From: Clostridia bacterium
GTDB lineage: Bacteria > Bacillota > Clostridia > Peptostreptococcales > Anaerovoracaceae
Direction of reading: 5' to 3'
Assembly: GCA_024403115.1 (NCBI GenBank)
Contig: JAKSSL010000003.1
Location: 8,031 to 72,030 of the forward strand
Length of the DNA stretch: 64,000 nucleotides
Shown here: positions 1-10,238 of the stretch, piece after piece
How positions within the stretch are numbered: the first letter of the stretch is position 1
Layout: the number at the start of each line of letters is the position of its first letter
The notes under the pieces: model-generated
The model's input: only the letters and a program-made list of their open reading frames with translations
What the model was told of the DNA's origin: nothing
Database searches by the model: none
Made by a program: the position numbers and the translations under genes

Positions 1-1
1 C

Positions 2-478
2 AGCGATGGAAAAGCTGCTAAACATTTGTTAGATTTAAGCATTAAAAACGACAGCACAGGTCTTACTATTGAAGATGCTTTTAGAAATGAAAAGCCAAAC
101 GCTGTATATAACATTGGCGACATATCCAATGAATACAACCAGCAGGAAATTCTAAAAGCCTTGGAGACTTTGGACACAGACAAAACTAATGTAATATTAA
201 TATTCAGCACTTTGGTAAATCAAGAAACAGGAGCTTTCCTAGAAAAGATTCCGAAGGAAATGAATTATGTTAGAGTGCTTGCACCGAAGCTTAACCAGTT
301 AGGCGGTTTAAAGGGCAAGATTAAAAAGAGCTTAGGCTTGGATAAGAAGGCAAAAAAGGAAGTATATTCCAGAGAGTTGAATCGTTTGATTTATCACTGG
401 GACATTGCTTCTTATGAGAATCTTTCCTATCAATCATCTAAGGTGGATGAAATTATTAAAACAAGTTTAAATTTATAG
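2..478 (+). CDS. Hypothetical protein, 5'-truncated by the window edge
   Basis: The frame of the 26..478 ORF stays open back to nt 2 (SDGKAAKH...). No family motif recognised. Sits just upstream of typA. Confidence 0.5.
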   Translation, partial: SDGKAAKHLLDLSIKNDSTGLTIEDAFRNEKPNAVYNIGDISNEYNQQEILKALETLDTDKTNVILIFSTLVNQETGAFLEKIPKEMNYVRVLAPKLNQLGGLKGKIKKSLGLDKKAKKEVYSRELNRLIYHWDIASYENLSYQSSKVDEIIKTSLNL

Positions 479-493
479 ATTTAGGAGAACTTA

Positions 494-2389
494 ATGCAAA
501 AGGAAAAAATTATTAATATAGCCGTTATTGCCCACGTAGATGCGGGAAAATCAACTTTAGTAGATGCTTTTCTAAAGCAAAGCGGCGTATTTAGAGACAA
601 CGAGGAAATGGCCAGCCAAGTAATGGACAGCAATGACCTTGAAAGAGAAAGAGGAATTACAATCTATTCCAAGAACTGTTCCATTATGCACGATGGGGTA
701 AAAATCAATATTGTTGATACTCCAGGACATGCTGACTTCTCATCAGAGGTTGAACGTATCATGAAGACTGTTGATACAGTTATTCTGCTGGTAGACTCCA
801 GCGAAGGCCCAATGCCACAAACAAGATTCGTTCTACAAAAGTCTTTGGAACAAGGTCTAAACCCTATCTTGTTCATCAATAAGATTGACAAGAAGGACGC
901 TAGAATTGATGAAGTTGTTGATGAGGTTTATGAACTGTTCATGGATCTAGAAGCTAATGACCAACAATTAGACTTCCCAATTCTATACGGAATTGCTAGA
1001 CAAGGAATAGCAGTGTACGACCCAGCTGATGCTTCAGAAGTTGTTATTACCAACGGCGAAAGCAAAATCAAGAAGAGCCCAGAAGGTTTCGGCGGACTAA
1101 ACCTAAACCCACTCTTCGAAACAATTATTAAGCACTGTGATGTTTACCCAGATAAGACTGAGGAACCTTTACAATTACAAGTATCATCTCTAGCTTATGA
1201 TGACTACATCGGTAGATTGGGAATAGGCAGAGTTACTAAGGGCGTAATCAAGGAAGGACAAACAGTTGCAGTTGCCAAGGAAGACGGCAGCCTAGTTCAA
1301 AAGAAAATTGGACAGGTATTCATATACAAAGGTCTTAAGAGAACAGCAGTAAAAGAAGCTGAATGTGGAGACATAGTTGTTGTATCTGGTATTTCAGATA
1401 TTTCCATAGGAGAGACAATCTGCGATCCACAAAATCCAGAACCTATGGAAATGATTCACATTGAAGAACCAACTCTTTCCATGAACTTCATGGTAAACAA
1501 GTCACCTTTTGCTGGTCAAGTAGGTAAGTTTGTTACATCAAGGCACATTAGAGAAAGATTGGCTAAGGAACTGGAAGTCAATGTAGGTCTTAAAGTTGAG
1601 GACACTGACAGCGCTGATTGCTTCAAGGTATCAGGCAGAGGCGAACTTCACCTTTCAATCCTAATTGAGAATATGAGACGTGAGGGATATGAATTGGCAG
1701 TTTCCAAGCCAGAAGTAATTATGAGAACTGCTGAAAACGGTGCAAAGCTAGAACCTATGGAAGAGGTTGTAATAAGTGTTCCTGATGAATACGCAGGTAC
1801 AGTTATCTCTAAGATGAACCAAAGAAAAGGTACTATGCAACAGATGGAGAGCATAAACGGATACACTCGTCTGGAATATATAGCACCTACAAGAGGACTT
1901 TTAGGTTATAGAACTGAGTTCATTAACGATACTAGAGGCGAAGGCACTATGGTAAGACGTTTCTCCGATTTTGGAGAATATGTTGGAGAAATTCAACAAA
2001 GAATCAACGGCGTTGCCATAGCAACAGAGCCAGGTTCTACTACTCCATATGCAATCTTCAATATTCAAGAAAGAGTGCAAATGTTTGTAGGACCACAAAC
2101 TAAGGTATACGAAGGCATGATTGTTGGTGAAAACTCACGTAGCGATGATATGGAAGTAAATCCATGTAAAGCGAAGAAGGTGAGCAACATGCGTGCTGCA
2201 GGAAGTGATGATACCATTAAGCTTACTCCACCAAGAGTTTTCACTTTGGAAGAAGCTTTGGAATATATTAACGACGATGAGTTAGTTGAAATCACACCGG
2301 ATGATATTAGACTACGTAAAAAGCTTTTGAGAGAAATCGAAAGACGTAGAGCTAATAACGGGGTGGTTTACACAAACAAGTTGTGGTAG
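494..2389 (+). CDS. typA: Translational GTPase TypA/BipA
   Basis: 631 aa. N-terminal G-domain AHVDAGKST, DTPGHADF, NKID. EF-G-like domain order and length are typical of BipA. AGGAG RBS upstream. Confidence 0.95.
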   Translation: MQKEKIINIAVIAHVDAGKSTLVDAFLKQSGVFRDNEEMASQVMDSNDLERERGITIYSKNCSIMHDGVKINIVDTPGHADFSSEVERIMKTVDTVILLVDSSEGPMPQTRFVLQKSLEQGLNPILFINKIDKKDARIDEVVDEVYELFMDLEANDQQLDFPILYGIARQGIAVYDPADASEVVITNGESKIKKSPEGFGGLNLNPLFETIIKHCDVYPDKTEEPLQLQVSSLAYDDYIGRLGIGRVTKGVIKEGQTVAVAKEDGSLVQKKIGQVFIYKGLKRTAVKEAECGDIVVVSGISDISIGETICDPQNPEPMEMIHIEEPTLSMNFMVNKSPFAGQVGKFVTSRHIRERLAKELEVNVGLKVEDTDSADCFKVSGRGELHLSILIENMRREGYELAVSKPEVIMRTAENGAKLEPMEEVVISVPDEYAGTVISKMNQRKGTMQQMESINGYTRLEYIAPTRGLLGYRTEFINDTRGEGTMVRRFSDFGEYVGEIQQRINGVAIATEPGSTTPYAIFNIQERVQMFVGPQTKVYEGMIVGENSRSDDMEVNPCKAKKVSNMRAAGSDDTIKLTPPRVFTLEEALEYINDDELVEITPDDIRLRKKLLREIERRRANNGVVYTNKLW

Positions 2390-2398
2390 GTGATCAAT

Positions 2399-3214
2399 AT
2401 GAATGATTTTAAAGCATTTTTCACCGGAGAAACCGCGCACATGATTTACAAAGAGGTACTGGTATCTCTAGTAATCATTGTTATCGGTTTAGTTGTAATG
2501 AAGCTTTTGCTAAATGCATTGCGCAAGATTCTACAAAAGACTAAGGTAGAACCTTTGATTCATACTTTTGTGGTAAATATGGCAAAAGCACTTTTATGGG
2601 TAGTGCTAGTGATTATTATTCTTCAAGTATTTGGAGTACCTACAGCACCGATTATAGCCGTTTTAGGTGCGGCTGGAGCTGCCGTAGCATTAGCCCTAAA
2701 AGACAGCCTTGCAAATCTTGCAGGGGGATTCATGATCATATTCAACAAACCATTCAAAAATGGCGACTATGTAGAAATGGTGGGCATTGAAGGATATGTA
2801 GTTGAAATTGATCTGTTCAGTACTATGGTAAAGACAGTGGACAACAAGGTGATTTTAGTCCCAAATGGATCTGTTGTTGCAGGACCTATTACCAACTATT
2901 ATGCTCAGGATAAGCGCAGAGTTGATACAGTAATATCGGTTCCATATGATTCGGATTTAGAACTTGTAAAAACTGTTTTACAAAATGTTGCGAAAGAATG
3001 CCCATATATTCTGGAGGGCGAGGATGTGATAATTGGTGTAATTTCACACAACTCAAGTTCTCTTGGAATAGACTTTAAAATATGGGTAAAACTAGAAGAT
3101 TATTGGCCAGCAACGTACTATATTTATGAGAACATTAAAAAAGCTTTTGATGAAAACGGAATCAAGATTCCATACGATCAGTTGGATGTCCATCTTCATC
3201 AAGAAGCGCAGTAA
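2399..3214 (+). CDS. Small-conductance mechanosensitive channel (MscS family)
   Basis: Three N-terminal TM helices followed by an MscS beta-domain pattern (GDYVEM..G.VVEIDLFST.V.T.DN..I.VPNG). First ATG at 2399; the track ORF begins at GTG 2390. Confidence 0.85.
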   Translation: MNDFKAFFTGETAHMIYKEVLVSLVIIVIGLVVMKLLLNALRKILQKTKVEPLIHTFVVNMAKALLWVVLVIIILQVFGVPTAPIIAVLGAAGAAVALALKDSLANLAGGFMIIFNKPFKNGDYVEMVGIEGYVVEIDLFSTMVKTVDNKVILVPNGSVVAGPITNYYAQDKRRVDTVISVPYDSDLELVKTVLQNVAKECPYILEGEDVIIGVISHNSSSLGIDFKIWVKLEDYWPATYYIYENIKKAFDENGIKIPYDQLDVHLHQEAQ

Positions 3215-3245
3215 GTTATTTCATTAATTAGTGGAAGAGGTTATT

Positions 3246-6200
3246 ATGAAAAAATTTAGTAAGGTGTTAGTTGCAAACAGAGGCGAAATTGCATTAAGAG
3301 TAATTCGTGCTTGTAAGGAACTTGGAATTAGAACAGTAGCTGTTTACTCCAAGGAAGATGAAGGCGCAATTTTCCATACAGCAGCTGATGAAGCGTACAT
3401 GATTGGTAAAGGCAAAGCACCCGTTGCAGCTTATCTTGCAATTGACGAAATTATTGCTTTAGCAAAGAACAAGAACGTAGAAGCTATTCACCCAGGATAT
3501 GGATTCTTGGCTGAAAACTCAGAGTTTGCAAAAGCTTGTGAAGATGCAGGAATTGAATTTATCGGACCAACTCATGAAATGATGGATGCTTTGGGCGACA
3601 AGATTCAATCAAAGCTAGTTGCAGCAAGCGTAGGAGTTCCAACTATTCCAGGTGAAGAAAAAGCCATTGAGAACGGTGAAGAAGCTCTTAGAATTGCAAA
3701 GGCTTGTGGTTTCCCTGTAATGCTTAAGGCAGCAGCAGGTGGCGGCGGAAGAGGTATGCGTATCGTTAGAAACGAAGAAGATTTAGTATACCAATTTGAA
3801 AGTGCAAAGAATGAAGCAGGTAAGGCATTTGGTATTGATGATGTATTCATTGAAAAGTACGTTGAAAATCCAAAGCACATTGAAGTTCAAATCTTAGGCG
3901 ACAAATATGGCAATATTGTTCACCTTGGAGAAAGAGACTGCTCAATTCAAAGAAGACACCAAAAGGTTGTAGAATTTACACCTTCTCTTACTCTTTCAGA
4001 TGAAAAGAGAGAGGAAATTTGCCAAGACGCAATTAAAATTGCTAGCGCAGTAAACTATAGAAATGCTGGTACTTTGGAATTCTTAGTTGACCAAAATGGA
4101 GACCATTTCTTCATTGAAATGAACCCAAGAATCCAAGTAGAACATACAGTAACAGAAATGGTTACTGGTATTGATATCGTTCAAGCACAAATCCTAATTG
4201 CTGAAGGTTGCGAATTAAATTCAGAAGCAATCGGAATCTATAGCCAAGAGGATATTAAGGTTAATGGATTTGCTATTCAATGCCGTATCACAACAGAAGA
4301 CCCTGCAAATGACTTTGCACCAGACACAGGTGTAATCGAAAGTTACAGATCATCTTCCGGTTACGGAATCAGACTTGACGGTGGTAACGCATTTAACGGC
4401 GCAGTTATCAGCCCATACTATGACAGCTTGCTTGTTAAGGTAACAGCATGGGGTAGAACTTTTGACATAGCTGCTAACAAGGCTGTAAGAGCTTTAAGAG
4501 AAACTAGGATCAACGGCGTTAAGACTAACGTTGGTTTCCTTCTAAACGTATTAAATCACCCAACATTCAGAGCAGGTGAATGTAATACAGGATTCATCGG
4601 ATCAAATCCAGAACTATTGGATATCCGTAAGACTGATGAAGCAGAAGAAAAGATCATTAAGTATATCGGAAACATCGTTGTTAATAAGACTAAGGGCCAA
4701 AAGCCTGACTTCGATATTCCAGTTGTTCCTAATATTTCTAGAAAGCAAGTACTTCCACTTAAGGGTACAAAGCAAATATTAGACGAACTTGGTCCTAAGG
4801 GCTTAGCAGACTGGACAATGAATCAAAAGAAGCTTTTGATTACAGATACTACAATGAGAGATGCTCAACAATCTCTAATGGCTACTCGTGTAAGAACTAA
4901 GGATATTGAAAAGATTGCTCCAGCAACAGCTTACTATGGTAAGGATTTATACTCACTTGAAATGTGGGGCGGAGCTACATTCGATACAGAAATCAGATTC
5001 TTAAACGAAGACCCATGGGAAAGATTGGAAACTCTTAGAAAAGAAATCCCAAACGTATTATTCCAAATGCTAGTTAGAGGTTCAAATACTGTAGGATACA
5101 AGAACTACCCAGACAATGTTGTTAGAAGATTCATTCAAGAATCAGCTAAGGGTGGAATTGACATATTCAGAGTATTTGACTCATTAAACTGGATGGAAGG
5201 AATGAAGATTGCTTTAGACGAAGTAATGAATCAAAACAAGGTTGCTGAAGGTTGCCTATGCTACACAGGCGATATTCTTGATGAAAAGAGAGACAAGTAC
5301 AATCTTGAATACTATGTAAAGATGGGTAAAGAACTTGAAAAGTTCGGATGCCATATGCTAGGAATCAAGGACATGTCAGGTCTATTAAAGCCAGCAGCAG
5401 CTTACAAGCTAGTTAAGGCATTGAAGGAAGAATTATCAATTCCAATTCACCTACATACTCATGATACAACAGGTAATGGTGTTGCTACAGTTATGATGGC
5501 AAGTGAAGCAGGCGTTGATGTTGTTGATGCAGCAATTAACTCAATGTCAGGTTTAACTTCACAACCAGCTCTTAACTCAATTGCAGCAGCAATGCAAAAC
5601 AGTGAAAGAGATCCACAATTGGATGTTGATGGTTTACAAAAGATTTCAGAATACTGGAGAGATGTAAGACCAGTTTATAAGGAATTTGAATCAGGTCTAC
5701 AAACTGCTACAGCTCAAATCTACAAGTATGAAATCCCTGGTGGACAATATTCAAACTTGAAGCCACAAGTAGAAAGCTTTGGACTTGGACATAAGTTTGA
5801 AGAAGTTAAGGAAATGTACAAGACAGTTAACGATATGTTCGGCGACCTAATTAAGGTAACACCTTCATCAAAGGTTGTAGGCGACATGGCTATCTTCATG
5901 GTACAAAACGACTTAACTCCAGAAAACATCTTTGAAAAGGCAAAGAATATGGACTTCCCTGATTCAGTAGTAACATTCTACGAGGGAATGATTGGACAAC
6001 CTTATGGTGGTTTCAACAAGGATATTCAAGACCTAGTACTAAAGGGCAAGGAACCTATTACAGTTAGACCAGGTGAATTACTTGAAGATGAAGACTTTGA
6101 TGCAATCAAGAAGCTTCTTAAGGATGAATTAGACATGGATGCCACTGAACAAGATTTAGTATCATATGCAATTTATCCAAAGGTATTCATGGATTACTGC

Positions 6201-6680
6201 AAGAAGGTTAAGAAGGAAGGCTCATTCAGACATATGGGTTCAGACGTATTCTTCCACGGCTTAAAGGTTGGAGAACTATGTACTGTTGAAGATGGAACAG
6301 GTAAGAAGTACATGGTTAGACTTGAAGAAATCGGCGAGCCAACAAACGAAGGTACTCGTGACGTAGTATTCGAAATTGATGGTAACAGAAGAATCGTTAC
6401 AATCAAGGATGAAAGCCTAGAAGGTTTAACTCAAGGTACAAGCACTTTACTTGCTGATGAAGAAAATCCATTTGAAGTTGGATCAAACATCCCAGGTAAC
6501 ATTATCAAGGTTCTTGTAAAAGAAGGAGATAAGGTTGCTGAAGGAGATCCAGTTGCAGTTGTAGAAGCAATGAAGATGGAAACAAACATCTTAGCAACAG
6601 CAACAGGTGAAGTTGAAAAGGTTTACGTTTCAGAAGGTCAAAAGGTTAAGGCCGGTGAAATGATCGTAAAGATTAAGTAG
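3246..6680 (+). CDS. pyc: Pyruvate carboxylase
   Basis: About 1144 aa. Biotin carboxylase N-terminus (KVLVANRGEIA, GGGGRGMR), carboxyltransferase middle part, and C-terminal biotinyl motif EAMKME. ATG 3246 follows a GGAAGAGG RBS. Confidence 0.95.
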   Translation: MKKFSKVLVANRGEIALRVIRACKELGIRTVAVYSKEDEGAIFHTAADEAYMIGKGKAPVAAYLAIDEIIALAKNKNVEAIHPGYGFLAENSEFAKACEDAGIEFIGPTHEMMDALGDKIQSKLVAASVGVPTIPGEEKAIENGEEALRIAKACGFPVMLKAAAGGGGRGMRIVRNEEDLVYQFESAKNEAGKAFGIDDVFIEKYVENPKHIEVQILGDKYGNIVHLGERDCSIQRRHQKVVEFTPSLTLSDEKREEICQDAIKIASAVNYRNAGTLEFLVDQNGDHFFIEMNPRIQVEHTVTEMVTGIDIVQAQILIAEGCELNSEAIGIYSQEDIKVNGFAIQCRITTEDPANDFAPDTGVIESYRSSSGYGIRLDGGNAFNGAVISPYYDSLLVKVTAWGRTFDIAANKAVRALRETRINGVKTNVGFLLNVLNHPTFRAGECNTGFIGSNPELLDIRKTDEAEEKIIKYIGNIVVNKTKGQKPDFDIPVVPNISRKQVLPLKGTKQILDELGPKGLADWTMNQKKLLITDTTMRDAQQSLMATRVRTKDIEKIAPATAYYGKDLYSLEMWGGATFDTEIRFLNEDPWERLETLRKEIPNVLFQMLVRGSNTVGYKNYPDNVVRRFIQESAKGGIDIFRVFDSLNWMEGMKIALDEVMNQNKVAEGCLCYTGDILDEKRDKYNLEYYVKMGKELEKFGCHMLGIKDMSGLLKPAAAYKLVKALKEELSIPIHLHTHDTTGNGVATVMMASEAGVDVVDAAINSMSGLTSQPALNSIAAAMQNSERDPQLDVDGLQKISEYWRDVRPVYKEFESGLQTATAQIYKYEIPGGQYSNLKPQVESFGLGHKFEEVKEMYKTVNDMFGDLIKVTPSSKVVGDMAIFMVQNDLTPENIFEKAKNMDFPDSVVTFYEGMIGQPYGGFNKDIQDLVLKGKEPITVRPGELLEDEDFDAIKKLLKDELDMDATEQDLVSYAIYPKVFMDYCKKVKKEGSFRHMGSDVFFHGLKVGELCTVEDGTGKKYMVRLEEIGEPTNEGTRDVVFEIDGNRRIVTIKDESLEGLTQGTSTLLADEENPFEVGSNIPGNIIKVLVKEGDKVAEGDPVAVVEAMKMETNILATATGEVEKVYVSEGQKVKAGEMIVKIK

Positions 6681-6703
6681 TATAAATTGTAAATAGGAGA
6701 AAT

Positions 6704-7648
6704 ATGTCACTTATTGATATTAATTCAGCTATTGAAACCAGAGAACTTTTTGGTAATCTGGACGACAATTTAAAAGCTATAGAAAAAGCTACAGGCACAA
6801 AAATCATTCAAAGAGATAACAAGCTTATCTTTATGGATGGAAATGAAGAACTTGCCAAGACTCTAATTTCAGAATTTATGGCTGTTCTGGAGAAGGGCGA
6901 AAAGCTGGACAAACAAAAGGTGAACTACATCATTGAAATGAAAGCCCAAGGCGTTTCCTACAAGGAAAGCAAGGTTTCAAACGATGTTGTATGTTTCACA
7001 CATTTGGGTAAGCCTATAAAAGCTAAGACTATAGGTCAACAGTACTATGTGAAAAGCATGAAGGAAAAGGACATAGTCTTTGGTATAGGCCCAGCTGGAA
7101 CAGGTAAAACCTATCTCGCTGTAGCTATGGCAGTGAACGCTTTAAAGAATAAAGAAGTTCAAAGAATAATCCTAGCTCGCCCTGCCGTTGAGGCAGGGGA
7201 GAGCCTAGGCTTTTTGCCAGGGGATTTGCAAGAAAAGGTTGATCCATATCTTAGACCTTTATATGATGGATTATTTGATATTCTAGGCAAAGAAAACGCT
7301 GAGCGTTTAAAGGAAAAGGAAGCTATTGAAGTAGTACCTCTAGCATATATGAGAGGTAGAACTTTGGATAATTCTTTTATCATTCTTGATGAGGCTCAAA
7401 ATACCACTCAGGAACAAATGAAGATGTTCCTAACTAGAATGGGATTTAATTCCAAGGTTGTGGTAACTGGAGACAAGACTCAAATAGATTTGCCTAAGGG
7501 TAAGAAATCCGGACTTATAGAGGCAGAGAAAATCCTCAAGTCTGTGGATGAAATCGATTTTTGCTATTTGAAGGATACAGATGTTGTTAGACACGAACTG
7601 GTAAAGAGAATAATCAATGCCTACGAGGAATACTATAAAAAGCAATGA
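6704..7648 (+). CDS. phoH: PhoH-like ATPase (YbeZ family)
   Basis: Walker A GPAGTGKTYLAVA, Walker B ILDEAQN, and the conserved phoH-ybeY neighbourhood. Confidence 0.9.
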   Translation: MSLIDINSAIETRELFGNLDDNLKAIEKATGTKIIQRDNKLIFMDGNEELAKTLISEFMAVLEKGEKLDKQKVNYIIEMKAQGVSYKESKVSNDVVCFTHLGKPIKAKTIGQQYYVKSMKEKDIVFGIGPAGTGKTYLAVAMAVNALKNKEVQRIILARPAVEAGESLGFLPGDLQEKVDPYLRPLYDGLFDILGKENAERLKEKEAIEVVPLAYMRGRTLDNSFIILDEAQNTTQEQMKMFLTRMGFNSKVVVTGDKTQIDLPKGKKSGLIEAEKILKSVDEIDFCYLKDTDVVRHELVKRIINAYEEYYKKQ

Positions 7649-8133
7649 GAATAATTATTGATGAAGAACAAAGTAAAATACTAAGCCCAGAACTTTTTGA
7701 CAAGTTGGAACAAGCGGCAGATATAACTCTTTCTCGTTTCGATGATCCTGAGGATTATGAGTTAAGTCTTAGCTTTGTCAGCAAGGATGAAATCAAGGAA
7801 TTAAATTCTGATTTCAGGGGAATTGATAAGGTGACTGACGTTTTATCCTTCCCGCAATACGATGGTTTATTCTATGGCGAAGGAGAAGATGTTGAGATTT
7901 TCATTGATGAGGGAAGCCTTATTTCTCTGGGAGATGTGGTAATTTGTAAAGAAGTGGCCGAAGAACAGGCTAAGGAATATGGACACTCCTTTGAAAGGGA
8001 GGTCGTATACCTGTTTACTCACAGCCTACTTCATTTGCTTGGTTTTGACCACATGGATGAAGAGGACAAGAAGATTATGCGTCAGGAAGAAGAGCTAAGT
8101 TTGGGACAATTAGGACTTAGCAGGGAGGATTAA
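7645..8133 (+). CDS. ybeY: rRNA maturation endoribonuclease YbeY
   Basis: Metal-binding motif HSLLHLLGFDH. 4-nt ATGA overlap with phoH. Confidence 0.92.
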   Translation: MRIIIDEEQSKILSPELFDKLEQAADITLSRFDDPEDYELSLSFVSKDEIKELNSDFRGIDKVTDVLSFPQYDGLFYGEGEDVEIFIDEGSLISLGDVVICKEVAEEQAKEYGHSFEREVVYLFTHSLLHLLGFDHMDEEDKKIMRQEEELSLGQLGLSRED

Positions 8134-8540
8134 TGGATAACAAGGAACTGTTTAGATTAGCAGATGAGGCAAAAGAAAAAGCCTATGCACCTTTCTCAAA
8201 GTTTAAGGTAGGAGCAGCCCTATTGATGAAGGACGGCAAGGTTTATCAAGGCTGTAATATTGAAAATTCCAGCTTTTCTGTAACTATATGTGCTGAGAGA
8301 ACAGCCATACCAAAAGCCGTTACCGATGGATACAGAAGAGGCGATTTCGTAAAAATTGCTATAGCAAGTTCAGGTGGAGAAGCATGGCCATGTGGAATAT
8401 GCAGACAGTTTATGGCTGAGTTTTGTGATGAGGATTTTGAGATAATTTCAGGCGATGACGAAAATACTTTGGTAGTGATGACTTTAGGAGAAATGTTACC
8501 AAAGATGTTTAGAATCGATGAAAACATAGTACAAATCTAG
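8133..8540 (+). CDS. cdd: Cytidine deaminase
   Basis: 135 aa with zinc motifs CAERTAI and PCGICRQ. 1-nt overlap with ybeY. Confidence 0.9.
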   Translation: MDNKELFRLADEAKEKAYAPFSKFKVGAALLMKDGKVYQGCNIENSSFSVTICAERTAIPKAVTDGYRRGDFVKIAIASSGGEAWPCGICRQFMAEFCDEDFEIISGDDENTLVVMTLGEMLPKMFRIDENIVQI

Positions 8541-8548
8541 GAGAATAA

Positions 8549-9448
8549 ATGAAATCAGGTTTTATTGGAATAGTAGGTAGACCCAATGTGGGAAAATCCA
8601 CTTTATTAAATCAAATACTAGGTGAAAAGATTGCTATAACAAGCGCTAAGCCACAGACAACAAGAAACCAAATTCGTGGAATATATACTGCTTTTAACCA
8701 GGATGAAAGGGATGGAGTGCAAATGGTTTTCATTGATACTCCAGGAATTCATAAGCCTCATAGCAAGCTTGATAATTTCATGTCAGAGGCAGCTCTTTCC
8801 ACTTTTGAGGAAGTTGATACAATCTTGTTTTTGGTAGATGATAAGATTGATGCAGGCCCTGGGGATAAATGGATTCTTAACAAGTTAAAGGACATTGATA
8901 CACCTAAGTTTTTAGTTATTAACAAGATTGATGCCTTAGATCCAGCTGATTTTAAAGAAATATACGAGACCTATGATGAGATGGGTGTCTTCGATGAAAT
9001 ATTCGGAGTGTCGGCTTTGGAAGGCAAGAACGTGGATAAGCTTTTGGAGGCTTTGGAAGCAAAGTGCGAAGAAGGTCCAATGTTTTTCCCAGCAGATATG
9101 GTGACAGACCATCCTGAGAGGTTTATTGTAAGCGAAATCATTCGTGAAAAATTGCTTTTATATCTTGATGAGGAAGTGCCTCACGGTGTTGCCGTTGAGA
9201 TTGAAAGCTTTGAAGAAGGGGATAAGCTGACTAAAATTGGCGCAGTTATTTACTGCGAGAGAAAGAGTCACAAGGGAATTATTATTGGCAAGCAGGGCCG
9301 TAAATTAAAAGGTATAGGTAAGGACGCCCGCTTGGAGATTGAAGCTTTATTAGGAACCAAGGTTTATTTGGAACTTTGGGTAAAAGTAAAGGAGAATTGG
9401 AGAGACAGCGACTTTCTGATTTCTAATTTCGGATATAATAGGGACTAG
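8549..9448 (+). CDS. era: GTPase Era
   Basis: GRPNVGKST, DTPG, NKID, and a C-terminal KH domain (IIIGKQG..LK.IG). Confidence 0.95.
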   Translation: MKSGFIGIVGRPNVGKSTLLNQILGEKIAITSAKPQTTRNQIRGIYTAFNQDERDGVQMVFIDTPGIHKPHSKLDNFMSEAALSTFEEVDTILFLVDDKIDAGPGDKWILNKLKDIDTPKFLVINKIDALDPADFKEIYETYDEMGVFDEIFGVSALEGKNVDKLLEALEAKCEEGPMFFPADMVTDHPERFIVSEIIREKLLLYLDEEVPHGVAVEIESFEEGDKLTKIGAVIYCERKSHKGIIIGKQGRKLKGIGKDARLEIEALLGTKVYLELWVKVKENWRDSDFLISNFGYNRD

Positions 9449-9452
9449 GTTT

Positions 9453-10238
9453 ATGATTGTTGAAACTGAGGGCATGGTCCTAAAGCAGGTAAAAGCTGTT
9501 AATGGAAGGCGCATGCTGGTAATATTTACAAAGAAATATGGCAAACTCAGCGTAGGCACAGGCTTAAGCGAGAAGGGGAAGAGCAAAACGGCTTTGGCCA
9601 TAAAGCCCTTCACCATAGGTAACTATGAGCTTTTTAAATCTAGGGACTTTTATAACATAAATAATGCTAGTACGAAAAAAACCTACTACTCCTTGGGAGA
9701 AGACATAGACAAGTATATGGCGGCATCCTATATTATGGAGTGGACGGATAAAGCTTTAGCAGAGGATATGGCATTGCCATTGCTGTACAAGCAGCTTCTG
9801 GAGTTTATGGACGCAATAGTTGAGAGAAAAGGCGAGTATATGACCCTAGTTCTTGCCTATCAGATCAAGGCTTTGAAAATTATGGGAATAATGCCTTATT
9901 TGGATTCCTGCGTTAATTGCGGAGAAAAAGTTGATGGAAAAAACTTTGTAATTAGCGAGGGCGGAGCTATCTGCAAGGATTGCGCACATGAATTGGAGGA
10001 AATGGAGCAAGGAAATCTAATATTCAAAGGAGACTTTAATATTGGAGAAGCCATAGGCTTTTTGGAGAAGAAAAGCTTCTATGCTTTGCAGAACATATCC
10101 CTGAAGAAGGAACATATGGAAGTCCTTCAAAGCTTTATAAAAAAGTATAGTAAATATTATCTAGACATAGATAATTTAAAGAGTGAAAGCTTTATTAAAG
10201 GAGGTAATCAAAATGGAAATTACTTTAGAAATGATTGA
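9453..10238 (+). CDS. recO: DNA repair protein RecO
   Basis: Follows era as in most Firmicutes. OB-fold N-terminus and zinc finger C.NCG...C..C. Confidence 0.85.
   Translation: MIVETEGMVLKQVKAVNGRRMLVIFTKKYGKLSVGTGLSEKGKSKTALAIKPFTIGNYELFKSRDFYNINNASTKKTYYSLGEDIDKYMAASYIMEWTDKALAEDMALPLLYKQLLEFMDAIVERKGEYMTLVLAYQIKALKIMGIMPYLDSCVNCGEKVDGKNFVISEGGAICKDCAHELEEMEQGNLIFKGDFNIGEAIGFLEKKSFYALQNISLKKEHMEVLQSFIKKYSKYYLDIDNLKSESFIKGGNQNGNYFRND

Noticed and set aside
10183-10212. The track start (TTG 10183) for the DUF4342-like gene. Similar upstream alternative starts occur at 2390, 3231, 10988, 41301, 52366 and 54617.
   Set aside because: In each case a downstream ATG is preceded by a good Shine-Dalgarno sequence, and its N-terminus matches the family. 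The longer versions overlap the upstream gene or lack an RBS.
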